Of a DNA stretch of 64,000 nucleotides, positions 29,329-39,386 are shown piece after piece (within the stretch, counting starts at the first letter, position 1; every line of letters starts with the position of its first letter). Made by a program: the position numbers and the translations under genes. This stretch comes from a virus (lineage: Duplodnaviria; Caudoviricetes): the IMG/VR virus record IMGVR_UViG_3300023213_000432, positions 96,001-160,000 of that record. One strand, 5' to 3'. The notes beneath the pieces were generated by a model. It saw only the letters and a program-made list of their open reading frames with translations. It was not told where the DNA came from and searched no databases.

Positions 29329-29789
29329 AGAAACCAGTTAAACCATCCACTCCACAACAACCTATTAAACCACAGGAGTATCATACGGTAGTTCATAATC
29401 TAGCTCCCTTTCATTATGGTAGAGCAACATATACCTTTGAAGAGCTATCCAGTAAACTTCCTTCCAACGTTGATCCCAAGTCTTTGAAGTTTGAATCAGT
29501 TTATGTTGATGGTAATGATTACTACGGTAGTGGCGATTATTATTTTACGATCCACTATGTCTGTCAAGAAAAAAATACTCGCTATGTTAGCGATTGTAAA
29601 AAATATGATAAAGACCTCATTAAGTATGAGAAGAAAGTAGAACAGCATAAGAAAGATTTGCTTAAATATGAAGAAGAAATGGTAGCCTTTACTGCCTGGG
29701 AAAAGGAAGATAATGCAAAGAAAGAGCTCGAAGAATTAAAGAAGTTGGAGAAACGGATTGCTCAGCTGAAGAAAAAGGTAAAGTCTTGA
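29325..29789 (+). CDS. hypothetical coiled-coil protein
   Basis: ATGA overlap. Confidence 0.6.
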   Translation: MKKPVKPSTPQQPIKPQEYHTVVHNLAPFHYGRATYTFEELSSKLPSNVDPKSLKFESVYVDGNDYYGSGDYYFTIHYVCQEKNTRYVSDCKKYDKDLIKYEKKVEQHKKDLLKYEEEMVAFTAWEKEDNAKKELEELKKLEKRIAQLKKKVKS

Positions 29790-30433
29790 AATATTTTCTG
29801 GATTGTGAGTTCAATGAACGTGGATATGAACATCGGATCGAACTGATCTCGATTGCCTTGGTGCGAGAGGATGGCGAGGAATACTATGCGGTAGCTAGAG
29901 ATGGTTGGGATCCTTGCCATTGCGATGGTTGGTTAATGGCTAATGTTTTGCCGTATCTCTCCAAGGATGGCAGGGTGGATGATGTATCTGATTTGATTGT
30001 CCAAATGTATTATGGCATGAAAGTAGATCCTCGTATTCCTTGGGCAAGCAGAACCTGGATTCGAAATGGTATCCTTGATTTCATTGCTCCCGATGAACAT
30101 CCTGAGTTCATTGGATTTTTTTCCGATTACGACTGGGTGCTCTTTTCCCAACTCTTCGGGCGAATGGTAGATCTTCCTCCACACTTCCCCAAGTATTGTC
30201 TCGACATCAAGCAGATGATGGTTGCCAAAGGTCTCCAAAAGAGCGATTTACCCAAGCAAGAAGAAACACAGCATAATGCTTTGGCAGACGCTCGGCATAT
30301 GAGACGAATGTATCAAGCTATTGTAGAAAAGGCGTCAATTACCATCAGCACAAAGGCTGATGGCTTGTCCCTAATTATTGCTAATCGAGACATTAACTCC
30401 CCTGATTTACCAGATCAGGATCATAGTCGTTAG
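29786..30433 (+). CDS. DEDDh 3'-5' exonuclease (Rv2179c/RNase AS-like); tail extended by IS
   Basis: FLDCEF, YDWVLF, HNALADAR; the ancestral stop EKA* overlapped the ATG now at 30754. Confidence 0.85.
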   Translation: MKYFLDCEFNERGYEHRIELISIALVREDGEEYYAVARDGWDPCHCDGWLMANVLPYLSKDGRVDDVSDLIVQMYYGMKVDPRIPWASRTWIRNGILDFIAPDEHPEFIGFFSDYDWVLFSQLFGRMVDLPPHFPKYCLDIKQMMVAKGLQKSDLPKQEETQHNALADARHMRRMYQAIVEKASITISTKADGLSLIIANRDINSPDLPDQDHSR

Positions 30434-30753
30434 GCTGATTGACGACAGCCTAACCTGGGTAGCATATAGCATCCAAGAAGTGTTGAGGTTCTCTAAATAG
30501 CGATCATAACCGTCTCTCTTTCCAAATAAAGGAAAGTGCCTTTAATCTCGATCATCTCAACTGGTCTAACCTATTGTTTTTTTATTCCTCAAAGGATTGA
30601 TTGAGGAAACCTGTTAACATTAACTCTTTCTGCTATAACTTAGATAGCAAAATAATATATAACCTTTATTTTAAGGTTGTCAAGAGAAAAAAGAAAGAAA
30701 AATGGCCATTCCTCCCATAGCACAAGGCTATGGGTATCTTTGCCTAAGAGATC
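30334..30753 (-). mobile_element. non-autonomous TnpB-type element (420 bp)
   Basis: On the + strand GTCAATTACCATCAGCACAAAGGCTGATGG...CCCATAGCACAAGGCTATGGG...AAGAGATC|ATGAA. Confidence 0.9.
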
Positions 30754-31017
30754 ATGAAAAAGTTTATCATCCATAGAGACTCCATTATTGAAGTGGAATG
30801 CACTCAACTCATGCCCGCTGACGATCCATCCGTGGCTTGGCTTCCCAAAGAGGAATATAAAGCTAGAATTGAAGCACCATCTACCTTGTTTGAAAAAGTT
30901 AATAACAAATTAGAAAAACCAAAATGGTATAGTTTTGCTTTTTACGATACTTTAGAACAAGCTAAAGAGGCAGCAGCCAGCGATATTCGAGTAGTGTTGG
31001 AACGTAAACAAGATTAA
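30754..31017 (+). CDS. hypothetical protein
   Basis: ATG is the ATGAA target motif. Confidence 0.65.
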   Translation: MKKFIIHRDSIIEVECTQLMPADDPSVAWLPKEEYKARIEAPSTLFEKVNNKLEKPKWYSFAFYDTLEQAKEAAASDIRVVLERKQD

Positions 31018-31111
31018 ACATGGTACCAACTTCGTTGAAGAAGACATTAAAAAGCAAATAAAAATTATAATATTATGTTTATGAAAATTCAAGACATAGG
31101 AGATTAAACAA

Positions 31112-31728
31112 ATGACAACACGATTTCAAGTTGGAGATTACGTTTTGCGGATGGAAGCAGATTTTTCAAGCGGCATATTAGTGCATGGCGGTATTTATCA
31201 AATTGCCGGCGTTATTAATGATCCTCGGACTATTAAGTTGATAGGGTTTGGGGGAGTTGGGATGTCCATAGGTTTAAATTGATTAAATCTCCCTACGCTC
31301 AATCTTGTCCTTGTGGCATCCATTGGAGTCAATTACCAATGACTAAAGTCCTTGGCTTGTCGCTCATCCTACCATAAGCAGGAGGTTATTTTTTAATGGC
31401 AACAATAGGCTGATTGACAGCAGCCCTTAATAAAGTTTGGCGTTTCTAATAGCGACCCTTTAAAAAAACCGTTTGCTTATTCGATCATAAATGATCGAGT
31501 TAAGTGCCTTCTAGGTCTCGATTCGCTAAACATAGGATAATAGCTTTCTAACTCATCTCTTACCTCTTTCTGTTACATTTGGGTAGCAAAAGATATATAA
31601 CCACCATTCTTGGAAGTTTTTTAGAAAAAGAAAGAAAAAGCAATTCCTCCCATGATTAAAATCATGGGCTTCTTTGCTAAGAAGATCGTGAATGCCCTCA
31701 ACATATTCAAGAAGTAAAAGCTTTCTAA
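31112..31728 (+). pseudogene. small SH3-like/Cys-tail gene, frameshifted and IS-interrupted
   Basis: MTTRFQVGDYV...; frameshift near the G-run at 31244-31253; excision joins CPCGIHWS|ECPQHIQEVKAF*. Confidence 0.55.
31328..31687 (-). mobile_element. non-autonomous TnpB-type element (360 bp)
   Basis: Near-identical to 24029..24377; followed by GTGAA. Confidence 0.9.
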
Positions 31729-32117
31729 ATAAAGAAATAACGTAGATCTTCTATTCGGCAATCGAACTTAGGAGCAAATTCTTTAGCATCCGCTAAAGTT
31801 GGAAATAAAATATCTCCAAAGTTATGGGCATGCATCATCCCCTTTCCTTTGATATGCATCAGCCAAAGGTAATGTCCTAGTTCATGAGCCGCAGTAGTTT
31901 GAAATACAATATCAGTTTTTAACCGATTTGGGATAAGGAATAATTCTCGGACATTATTAGCTCGATATAAACATAGTCCCAGCACTTTGGTTTTGTAGTA
32001 GCCGTCCCATTTGACTACTTCAGGATGTTCAGGGTAGGCTCGAGTTATTAGTCCATCTTTTCCAAAAGTATTGCGATTAGTATTTGTTAAATCAAAGTAA
32101 ATATCAATTTTAAACAT
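31725..32117 (-). CDS. matrixin-like zinc metallopeptidase
   Basis: AHELGHYLWLMH (HExGHxLxLxH) followed by a Met-turn-like GMM. Confidence 0.6.
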   Translation of the reverse strand: MFKIDIYFDLTNTNRNTFGKDGLITRAYPEHPEVVKWDGYYKTKVLGLCLYRANNVRELFLIPNRLKTDIVFQTTAAHELGHYLWLMHIKGKGMMHAHNFGDILFPTLADAKEFAPKFDCRIEDLRYFFI

Positions 32118-32135
32118 CCCATTAGTGAAATGTTC

Positions 32136-32330
32136 CTATATTCTGGCTGCTTGCCAAATTAGTTGTCGTTCCCCGAAAGTGAAATTGATGTCCGCATGAA
32201 GTGTTTCTAAGTAGGTATATGGTAGAGAATAATCAGGCTGATGGAATAAAAACTTAGGCGGGAGTAATCGAATGCCTGAACGATATAAGAAATAGTAGAT
32301 GTTAGCTACGAGTTTCCGGAGCCATTTCAT
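32136..32330 (-). CDS. hypothetical protein
   Basis: Short ORF co-oriented with neighbours. Confidence 0.4.
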   Translation of the reverse strand: MKWLRKLVANIYYFLYRSGIRLLPPKFLFHQPDYSLPYTYLETLHADINFTFGERQLIWQAARI

Positions 32331-32631
32331 TAAACTATACCAAATTAATCAATTGCGATGAATATATACATCATTGGAACGCCACAAACAGGACGTTCTA
32401 CATTGGCAATTACGATCTGTGATTAAATAGTGGGCGCTCCTATAAAGAAAGTCCTGAAGAAACTTCAATCAGGAAGTTCATCGAACATTGCATCGACTAA
32501 TTGATCGAATACTTTCTTGGAATAATCTTCTATGTCAGCCTCATTCTGATCTTCTGCTGCTAACTTTTTGATTAAAGTATTTTGTTTGGTTTCCAAAATA
32601 AGTTGTTGAAGTTTTTGTTTTCTAGGTTTGT

Positions 32632-33912
32632 TCATTGTTCAAATTTCCTTTCAATAAGTTGGGCAATCAAAATTAATATTTCTGCAACGCCTCGCACCAT
32701 CTTTGGAATAGATCTAACTTCTGTCCTTAACTCATTAAGTGGGGCTCGAACCTCTATCGGTATTGCTGGTAACTCAAGCCAACCTGTTTCATCTAATTGT
32801 TTGAGTTTATCTCTTAAAGCATAGAGATTAATCAGTTCTGTGAAAAAACTTTTATAGTGATTTCGGATAGCCTGATCTTCTTTTTTGATAGCAGCTTCTA
32901 GCGCTGATTTATTGGAGTGGGAAGGGGACGCTCTCATTAACTGTTTGGCTGCATTGGTTGCATCTATTATCGGTTGTAATTCCGCGGGCGGATTTTTCTT
33001 GATTGATTTTTGTTTATCGCTTTTAAGGCTTGCTAATCGTTGAGTTAAATGAATAATATAACTAGATAAAGTACTTTGAGCTTTCTCTTCTCTAAGTTTC
33101 TTGGCTCTTTCTATAACTACACTCATTCGTTTTTCTTCTCTGGCAGTCGGATCTTCAGTGCCCCTTTCCTTTTCTGTTCTCCCATACCAACTCTTTTGAC
33201 GACTTCGAGATTTAATACGATACTCTTCTCTACGAACTGGATCCTCCATAATCATTCGATAATTGTGTCGAGATGTCTCGATTAGTCTTTGATATTCGGG
33301 ACTGTTTTTGGCGAACTTTCGGAGCCATTTGATTTGGTCAAGATATTTGCTTCGAGCCCGGAGCAATTGTTCAATTTTATCTCCCGTGAAATGAAGTTTG
33401 GTATCTCCACGATCTATTGCGTCTTGATTAAGATCTTTGGCAATCTCTAATTTTTTTAAAGCGCTAACGTCAATATCGCCCACAGCGGATTGAAAACGAT
33501 CGTTAGCGTCTTCTACCATATTAGCCAAGAGTTCTCGGAATTTAACCGGATCAAATTCTTCATCAAATCCTTGTTCGGGGGACACATTCAAATATTCATT
33601 ACTCTGAATGCGCTCGTACCTGGTTTCCAAAGTATTGACGAGATCCCCCAAATTTTGCATACCTTCTTCGGAAAGGCTTTCGATACTAATTTTCAACGCT
33701 TCAACCAACTCTTTATAGCCTGATAAGAAAGTTTCAAATTGCTCAAAAAGTTCTTCATCCCGAATGTCGTATTGTTCGGCTTTTGCCAATAGTTCTTGTT
33801 GTGTGGCGGCAAAGCGAACAATCTGGTAATCCCAGTGAGCATCTGCACTAAAATTAGTAATAATTGTGCATAATTGTGCAATTTTGTCAAGTTCGTAAGT
33901 AATCGTTTGCAT
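32632..33912 (-). CDS. hypothetical helical/coiled-coil protein
   Basis: 426-aa ORF. Confidence 0.75.
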   Translation of the reverse strand: MQTITYELDKIAQLCTIITNFSADAHWDYQIVRFAATQQELLAKAEQYDIRDEELFEQFETFLSGYKELVEALKISIESLSEEGMQNLGDLVNTLETRYERIQSNEYLNVSPEQGFDEEFDPVKFRELLANMVEDANDRFQSAVGDIDVSALKKLEIAKDLNQDAIDRGDTKLHFTGDKIEQLLRARSKYLDQIKWLRKFAKNSPEYQRLIETSRHNYRMIMEDPVRREEYRIKSRSRQKSWYGRTEKERGTEDPTAREEKRMSVVIERAKKLREEKAQSTLSSYIIHLTQRLASLKSDKQKSIKKNPPAELQPIIDATNAAKQLMRASPSHSNKSALEAAIKKEDQAIRNHYKSFFTELINLYALRDKLKQLDETGWLELPAIPIEVRAPLNELRTEVRSIPKMVRGVAEILILIAQLIERKFEQ

Positions 33913-33932
33913 TACATGTTATATCTCAAATT

Positions 33933-35045
33933 ATGGCTATTAGATTAAGTAATACAACCATTGATCAAAAATTATATGGTTATAGCATTCGACGCCTTGA
34001 TGATTGTAGCAACGCTAAAATAACTGATAAAGTAATGTGGTCGTGTTTAAATTGCGGACATGCATGGAAAACAACTATACGCAAAATTGTGTGGAAAGAA
34101 ACGGGTTGTCCCCAATGCGCCGGTAATATTAAATTATCTAATGCAATAATTGATCAAAGATTAATTAATAGAGACATTCGAAGAATTGGTGATTATGTTA
34201 ATGCTAATAGTAAGATTGAATGGCAATGTTTAAATTGTAAATATATGTGGATCACAACACCCAGAAGTGTTGTGGATCTTAAAACTGGATGTCCATTTTG
34301 TGCAGGCAATTTACGATTAACAAATCAAATAATTGATCAGAAATTAATTGGGCGGAATATCCAAAGAATTGAAAATTATAATGGCGCTCATTTAAAAATA
34401 CTTTGGAATTGCATGACTTGTAATTATGAGTGGAGCGCAACACCTGGCCACATTCTTAATGGTGGTCGTGGGTGTCCTCGATGTGCTAATAATATTCGCT
34501 TGACCAACGAAATAATAGATCAAAGATTGATTAATAGGTCAATCAAGAGGATCGGCGAATATTATAACTCCTGCACCAAAATTGACTGGCAATGTTTGAC
34601 ATGTATGCATCGCTGGAAAGCGTTGCCACCTAATGTTGTTAGTCTCGAAAAGGGATGTCCAAAATGTAGTACCATAGGTATCAATGAAGCGTTAATGATC
34701 AGTATTTTTCATCAATATAATTTAGAATTTGAACCCCATTATTCTATTAGAAATATAGATAATGTAGAGCGCAATCTTATTTTTGATACCTATTTCCCTC
34801 TAATAAAATTGGCCATTGAATATAATGGAAAACAACATTATATTCCAACAGGGTTTTTCAATAGTGATAATCCTGAAGAAGAGTTTAAAAAACAGCAAGA
34901 AAGAGATGAATATAAAAGATTATTCTGTAAGAGAAATTCAATCCAATTAATAGAAATTGATGGTAGAAAATTCTACAATGAAAGACTCAAAAAGTATCTA
35001 ATATATGATGTGGTGCCCATGATAAAGGAAATGGGTATTAAATGA
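33933..35045 (+). CDS. tandem zinc-ribbon repeats plus PD-(D/E)XK (Vsr/DUF559-like) endonuclease
   Basis: Four W-x-C-xx-C...W...GCPxC repeats; FDTYFP..KLAIEYNGKQHY. Confidence 0.78.
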   Translation: MAIRLSNTTIDQKLYGYSIRRLDDCSNAKITDKVMWSCLNCGHAWKTTIRKIVWKETGCPQCAGNIKLSNAIIDQRLINRDIRRIGDYVNANSKIEWQCLNCKYMWITTPRSVVDLKTGCPFCAGNLRLTNQIIDQKLIGRNIQRIENYNGAHLKILWNCMTCNYEWSATPGHILNGGRGCPRCANNIRLTNEIIDQRLINRSIKRIGEYYNSCTKIDWQCLTCMHRWKALPPNVVSLEKGCPKCSTIGINEALMISIFHQYNLEFEPHYSIRNIDNVERNLIFDTYFPLIKLAIEYNGKQHYIPTGFFNSDNPEEEFKKQQERDEYKRLFCKRNSIQLIEIDGRKFYNERLKKYLIYDVVPMIKEMGIK

Positions 35046-35929
35046 GCATCAAACCACCATTCCCTTACTTTGGTTCAAAACGACAAGTTGCCGACACAAT
35101 TTGGCAGGGTTTGGGACAGATTTCCAACTATGTAGAACCCTTTGCAGGAAGTTTAGCGGTCTTATTGGCCAATTCATCAATTCCCAAAATCGAAACTGTT
35201 AATGACAAAAATTGCTTTGTCTCTAATTTCTGGCGAGCTGTCTCTAATAATCCCGACACTATTATTCAGTATGCTGATTACCCTATTCATGAAGATACTT
35301 TGCATGCTCGCCATCAATGGTTAGTTTCTTCTGCAACAGATGAGTTCCGCAAAAAGATGAATTCAGATCCTAACTATTATGATGCCAAAATCGCAGGATA
35401 TTGGATATGGGGTATGGGAGCCTCTATTGGTAATAATTGGCTTAACACAAAAGGATTAAAAGCTACTCCATTATTATCTTCAGCTGGTGGCGGTATTCAT
35501 GGTCTTACATACAATATTAGGGAACAATTCAATATACTTCAAAAACGATTGCGGCGGGTCAGAGTATGTTGCGGCGATTGGAAGAAAATTTTAACGCCAT
35601 CTATTACTTATTCTAATAAGGGGCTAGCATCCAAAGATATTACAGCGGTCTTTTTAGACCCACCATATATTCAACTGGGTCGCGACCAAGTCTATCAAGA
35701 GGATAATGACGTCTTCAAGAATGTAGTGAATTGGGCTATTGAGAATGGCGATAATCCTCGAATGAGAATTGCTGTTTGTGGATATGAAGGAGATCATGGC
35801 TTCCCCAATACTTGGCGAGAGTATGCTTGGAAAGCAAATGGTGGAATGGGTAATCTAGGAAACGATCGTGGCAAGGATAATGCTAATAGAGAAAAAATAT
35901 GGTTTAGTTCTAATTGTCTCGAAGTTTAA
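35042..35929 (+). CDS. D12-class DNA adenine methyltransferase (Dam-like)
   Basis: PFPYFGSKR, YVEPFAGS, FLDPPY. Confidence 0.88.
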   Translation: MSIKPPFPYFGSKRQVADTIWQGLGQISNYVEPFAGSLAVLLANSSIPKIETVNDKNCFVSNFWRAVSNNPDTIIQYADYPIHEDTLHARHQWLVSSATDEFRKKMNSDPNYYDAKIAGYWIWGMGASIGNNWLNTKGLKATPLLSSAGGGIHGLTYNIREQFNILQKRLRRVRVCCGDWKKILTPSITYSNKGLASKDITAVFLDPPYIQLGRDQVYQEDNDVFKNVVNWAIENGDNPRMRIAVCGYEGDHGFPNTWREYAWKANGGMGNLGNDRGKDNANREKIWFSSNCLEV

Positions 35930-36513
35930 TGTTCGTATTGAATAATTACTTCTTCTAATTTCTGACCTATGTGATCTAATGTATTGGCAATGGCTTTTTG
36001 CCCGCCCTCTTTAGTTTCTTGTTGTAGATTTACAATTTCAGCAATCATCTCTGTTAATAGGACGATGGGATTGGGGGCGCCCCACAAAAGTTGTTTAATA
36101 CTTTTTCGCAAATTATAGAGACGAGGCACTATTCTTTCAAAACTTGATAATTTGGTCGGATCAATGTTCCTACTAAGATTGGTTTTAGTATCAGCAATCT
36201 GTTGTCGAAGTTTTACAGATAATCCTTCCAATGTATTCGAGCGCATCTGTTGTTTTTTCTGCTCCCATTTCTTCTCTTCAAGTTGTTGTAGTTTTTCAGG
36301 ATCCACGCGCTCATACCATTTACGCTGACGTTCTTTCAATCCTTCGCGGTGTTTTTCCATTGCTTCAGGATTTGTTTTACGAATCTCTTGTTCAATGAGG
36401 TAGCGTTCTTTTCTTTTGGCAGGATCTTCCACCAATCCAAGATCCAATGCTTCGTTCTCAAAATCAGTAGCGAGCCTCAATAGATAATCAACGTACCCCA
36501 TAAGAACATACAA
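35926..36513 (-). CDS. hypothetical protein
   Basis: 195-aa ORF; RQRKWY segment resembles RQKSWY in 32632. Confidence 0.6.
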   Translation of the reverse strand: MYVLMGYVDYLLRLATDFENEALDLGLVEDPAKRKERYLIEQEIRKTNPEAMEKHREGLKERQRKWYERVDPEKLQQLEEKKWEQKKQQMRSNTLEGLSVKLRQQIADTKTNLSRNIDPTKLSSFERIVPRLYNLRKSIKQLLWGAPNPIVLLTEMIAEIVNLQQETKEGGQKAIANTLDHIGQKLEEVIIQYEH

Positions 36514-36542
36514 TTTTATTCACGAGCACCAAAGGAAGCTAT

Positions 36543-37724
36543 ATGCAAGTCATTTACTACGATGATAATATGCCATACAAATTTAGTAAAAGTCTATTTC
36601 TAGCCGGCCCTTCACTTCGCGCTGGACAAGAAGGCACTTCGTGGCGCAAAGATGCCCTTCAAATTTTACAGGACATTGGATACGACGGAATTGTATTTTG
36701 TCCTGAGACTCGCGATGGTGTTTTTGATGAAAACGTAGATCATGAGAAAATCATTGGTTGGGAAGATCAGTATCTCAATATTGCTGATGTTATTGTTTTT
36801 TGGGTGCCAAGAGATCTTTCTTTTGATAAGAATGGCACGCTTAAATTACCGGGTTTAACTACTAACGTAGAATTTGGGCGTTACGAAAATTCTGGCAAAA
36901 TCGTTTTTGGTGCTCCCGAAGATGCAGAAAAGGTTTCTTATCTAAAGCATTATGCAGAAAAATATAGCGTGCCTGTCTGTTCTACTCTCACAGAAACACT
37001 GGAAGTTGCTTTGAAAAGAATTGGTGAGGGAGCAGAACGGTCTCTCGGAGAACGTTATATTCCCCTTCATCTTTGGAATAATTCTTCCTTTCAAGACTGG
37101 TATCAATCCCAGACAAAAGCAGGTAATCGTTTAGAAACTGCTCAACTTCTTTATACTTTCCGTCCAAACCATAAAGATATATTTCTTTGGATATTGAAAG
37201 TAAATGTTTGGATCAATTCCGAGCAACGTTTTAAAAGCAACGAATTTGTCCTATCAAGAAGTGATATTAGTTCTGTTTTGATGTGGAAGCCTCACGAAGA
37301 TTTAATGCAATCCGAAATTGTTTTGGTGCGAGAGTTCCGATCTCCTGCTGTTACGGAGGACGGGTTTATCCATGAACTTCCCTCGGGTTCTTCTCGAAAA
37401 GATATGGAACCAAAGGAGAATGCTCTTCATGAAATTCAAGAAGAAACGGGAATTGTTATTGATCAAAGCCGCCTTCAATTTCATGAAGCTCGACAATTAG
37501 CTGGGACTCTTTCCGCTCATAAGTCGCATCTCTATTCTGTGAAATTAACCGAAGAAGAAATAAGTTGGCTCAAATCTCAAAAGAACGTTTCTCGAGGTGT
37601 TGAAAAAGATAGTGAAAAAACGTGGATTGAAGTGATGGAGTTGCGCGATATTTTGAAAAATGAGTTCGTGGATTGGAGCAATTTGGGAGAAATTTTGTCG
37701 GTAGTATTTGCCCTAAGAAATTAA
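36543..37724 (+). CDS. nucleoside 2-deoxyribosyltransferase-like domain fused to a NUDIX domain
   Basis: N-terminal LFLAGPS...SWR..ALQIL...WE...ADVIVFWVPR...TNVEFG; C-terminal ELPSGS...ALHEIQEETG. Confidence 0.75.
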   Translation: MQVIYYDDNMPYKFSKSLFLAGPSLRAGQEGTSWRKDALQILQDIGYDGIVFCPETRDGVFDENVDHEKIIGWEDQYLNIADVIVFWVPRDLSFDKNGTLKLPGLTTNVEFGRYENSGKIVFGAPEDAEKVSYLKHYAEKYSVPVCSTLTETLEVALKRIGEGAERSLGERYIPLHLWNNSSFQDWYQSQTKAGNRLETAQLLYTFRPNHKDIFLWILKVNVWINSEQRFKSNEFVLSRSDISSVLMWKPHEDLMQSEIVLVREFRSPAVTEDGFIHELPSGSSRKDMEPKENALHEIQEETGIVIDQSRLQFHEARQLAGTLSAHKSHLYSVKLTEEEISWLKSQKNVSRGVEKDSEKTWIEVMELRDILKNEFVDWSNLGEILSVVFALRN

Positions 37725-38057
37725 ATGTTTAAATCTCAAGATTATATATATTTGGGGTATGATTCAAAAACAGATCAATTTCGATACGAAACCACTATCG
37801 TGGATGATGATTTTACTGAAATAGTTATCGCTGCCGCCTCCGCTGATGCTATAAGAGCCGTTGTACGAGCCGCTGTCTTGATCGATGTTTATTCTCGAAG
37901 AAATCTCAACGTAGCTGGTAACTTAGCGTTATTAATGCAATACGTAGAAAATAAGTTATGGATGGATATTAAACAGCAAATTGAAGAGTATCAGAAATTT
38001 GTTCCCGCATATCCAAAATACCATGACCAAGTGATGGACTATCTAATATTTATGTGA
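37725..38057 (+). CDS. paralogue family A member 1
   Basis: Shared IDxYSRRNLNVAGNL...YHDQVMDYLIF. Confidence 0.75.
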   Translation: MFKSQDYIYLGYDSKTDQFRYETTIVDDDFTEIVIAAASADAIRAVVRAAVLIDVYSRRNLNVAGNLALLMQYVENKLWMDIKQQIEEYQKFVPAYPKYHDQVMDYLIFM

Positions 38058-38287
38058 GGATCATAAACGCATTTTTCAGCATCTTGATATGCTGGACGAT
38101 GACAATCTAATTGGCACTGAAAGAAAGTTTTTATTTAAGTGTGAAGATTGTGAAATGATTGTAAGTGCATCCTTTTCTACTGAAGAAGATTTTATAAAGA
38201 TTGCTGAAAATTTATTAGATCTTACATGCCAATGTGAAGGAATTATGAAAGTTTTACGAGATTAATTATTAAAAAATTGAGGTAAAT

Positions 38288-39004
38288 ATGAAAGGCGCCA
38301 TTTACGTTTCTAAATCAGAGAACGCAAAAATTGCAGGCTCCAATCCCATTGATTGCACTTATGTTTCTATTAAACGAAGTTGCCCCGACACTTGCTCACT
38401 ACGAGATAATAAAACGTGTTATGCGGAAAATGGGCATGTGGGTTTTACCGTTCAAAAGTTAGATCATCGGGCTCGTGGATTGTCAGCATTGCAAGTAGCT
38501 AGGGCGGAAGCCAAAGCCATTGATGATGCTTATAAAGGGAAAGAATTTCCTAAAGGCAGAAATTTGCGCCTTCATGTTTCGGGAGATAGTCGCACCATTA
38601 AAGGTACTAGATTGCTTAACAAAGCTATTCAACGCTGGAAACAGCGCGGTGGCGGTAGTTGTTGGTCCTATACTCATGCTTGGAAACGGGTACCGAGAAT
38701 AGAATGGAAAGATGTCAGTATCTTGGCTTCCATCGAACGAGTAGAAGAAGCATTGGAAGCCCGAAAACAAGGATACGCTCCCGCTTTAGTAGTGCCAGAA
38801 CATATTAGTGATAAGTCCTATAAACTGCCCAATTCAGAAATCAAATGGATACCTTGCGTAGCACAAACAAGAAACATACCATGTTCTGATTGTAAATTAT
38901 GTTTTAATGCAGATAGGTTGTTTGAGGGTGGATTTGGAATTACATTTGCGGTGCATGGGGCAAGAAAAAATTCTTTGAAAAGACATTTACAGGTTCTTCA
39001 ATGA
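38288..39004 (+). CDS. GP88-like / radical-SAM-related phage protein
   Basis: SCPDTC...CYA, LRLHVSGD, WSYTHAW, PC..Q....C..CKLC; family assignment from memory. Confidence 0.5.
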   Translation: MKGAIYVSKSENAKIAGSNPIDCTYVSIKRSCPDTCSLRDNKTCYAENGHVGFTVQKLDHRARGLSALQVARAEAKAIDDAYKGKEFPKGRNLRLHVSGDSRTIKGTRLLNKAIQRWKQRGGGSCWSYTHAWKRVPRIEWKDVSILASIERVEEALEARKQGYAPALVVPEHISDKSYKLPNSEIKWIPCVAQTRNIPCSDCKLCFNADRLFEGGFGITFAVHGARKNSLKRHLQVLQ

Positions 39005-39122
39005 GATGTATATTAATGATGATTATGTGTTCTGGATGTTATACGTTTAGTTATAGCGAGAACCGATGTGTTCGTTCAGGCTATTATGAAATGAGTGATG
39101 GCAAAATGGTTCCTATGTATCG

Positions 39123-39386
39123 ATGCACTTCAACAGGCGATATATGACTATCATTCAGTGGCAAGTTTGTATTTCTGATTGGAGTCTGGATGCCAAGCAT
39201 TATACGAAACCGATCCCAGACACTGGAAAGATTGATCATCGAACTGTTCGGGCAAAAACATTCGATACAGAACGAGAAGCTATTAAATATGCAGAGAAAT
39301 ATCTAAAAGATCGAGAAGACATTGAATGGTTAGCTAGTTTAGAGGTTAAGAAATGCACGACGGAAATAATCAAAAAATTGAAATAA
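39123..39386 (+). CDS. hypothetical protein
   Basis: ORF in operon. Confidence 0.45.
   Translation: MHFNRRYMTIIQWQVCISDWSLDAKHYTKPIPDTGKIDHRTVRAKTFDTEREAIKYAEKYLKDREDIEWLASLEVKKCTTEIIKKLK

Noticed and set aside
4328-31687. IStron (group I intron-IS fusion) explanation for the intragenic insertions
   Set aside because: No group I P7/R/S core recognised, the ends terminate in C rather than omega-G, and several insertions are antisense to the host gene.
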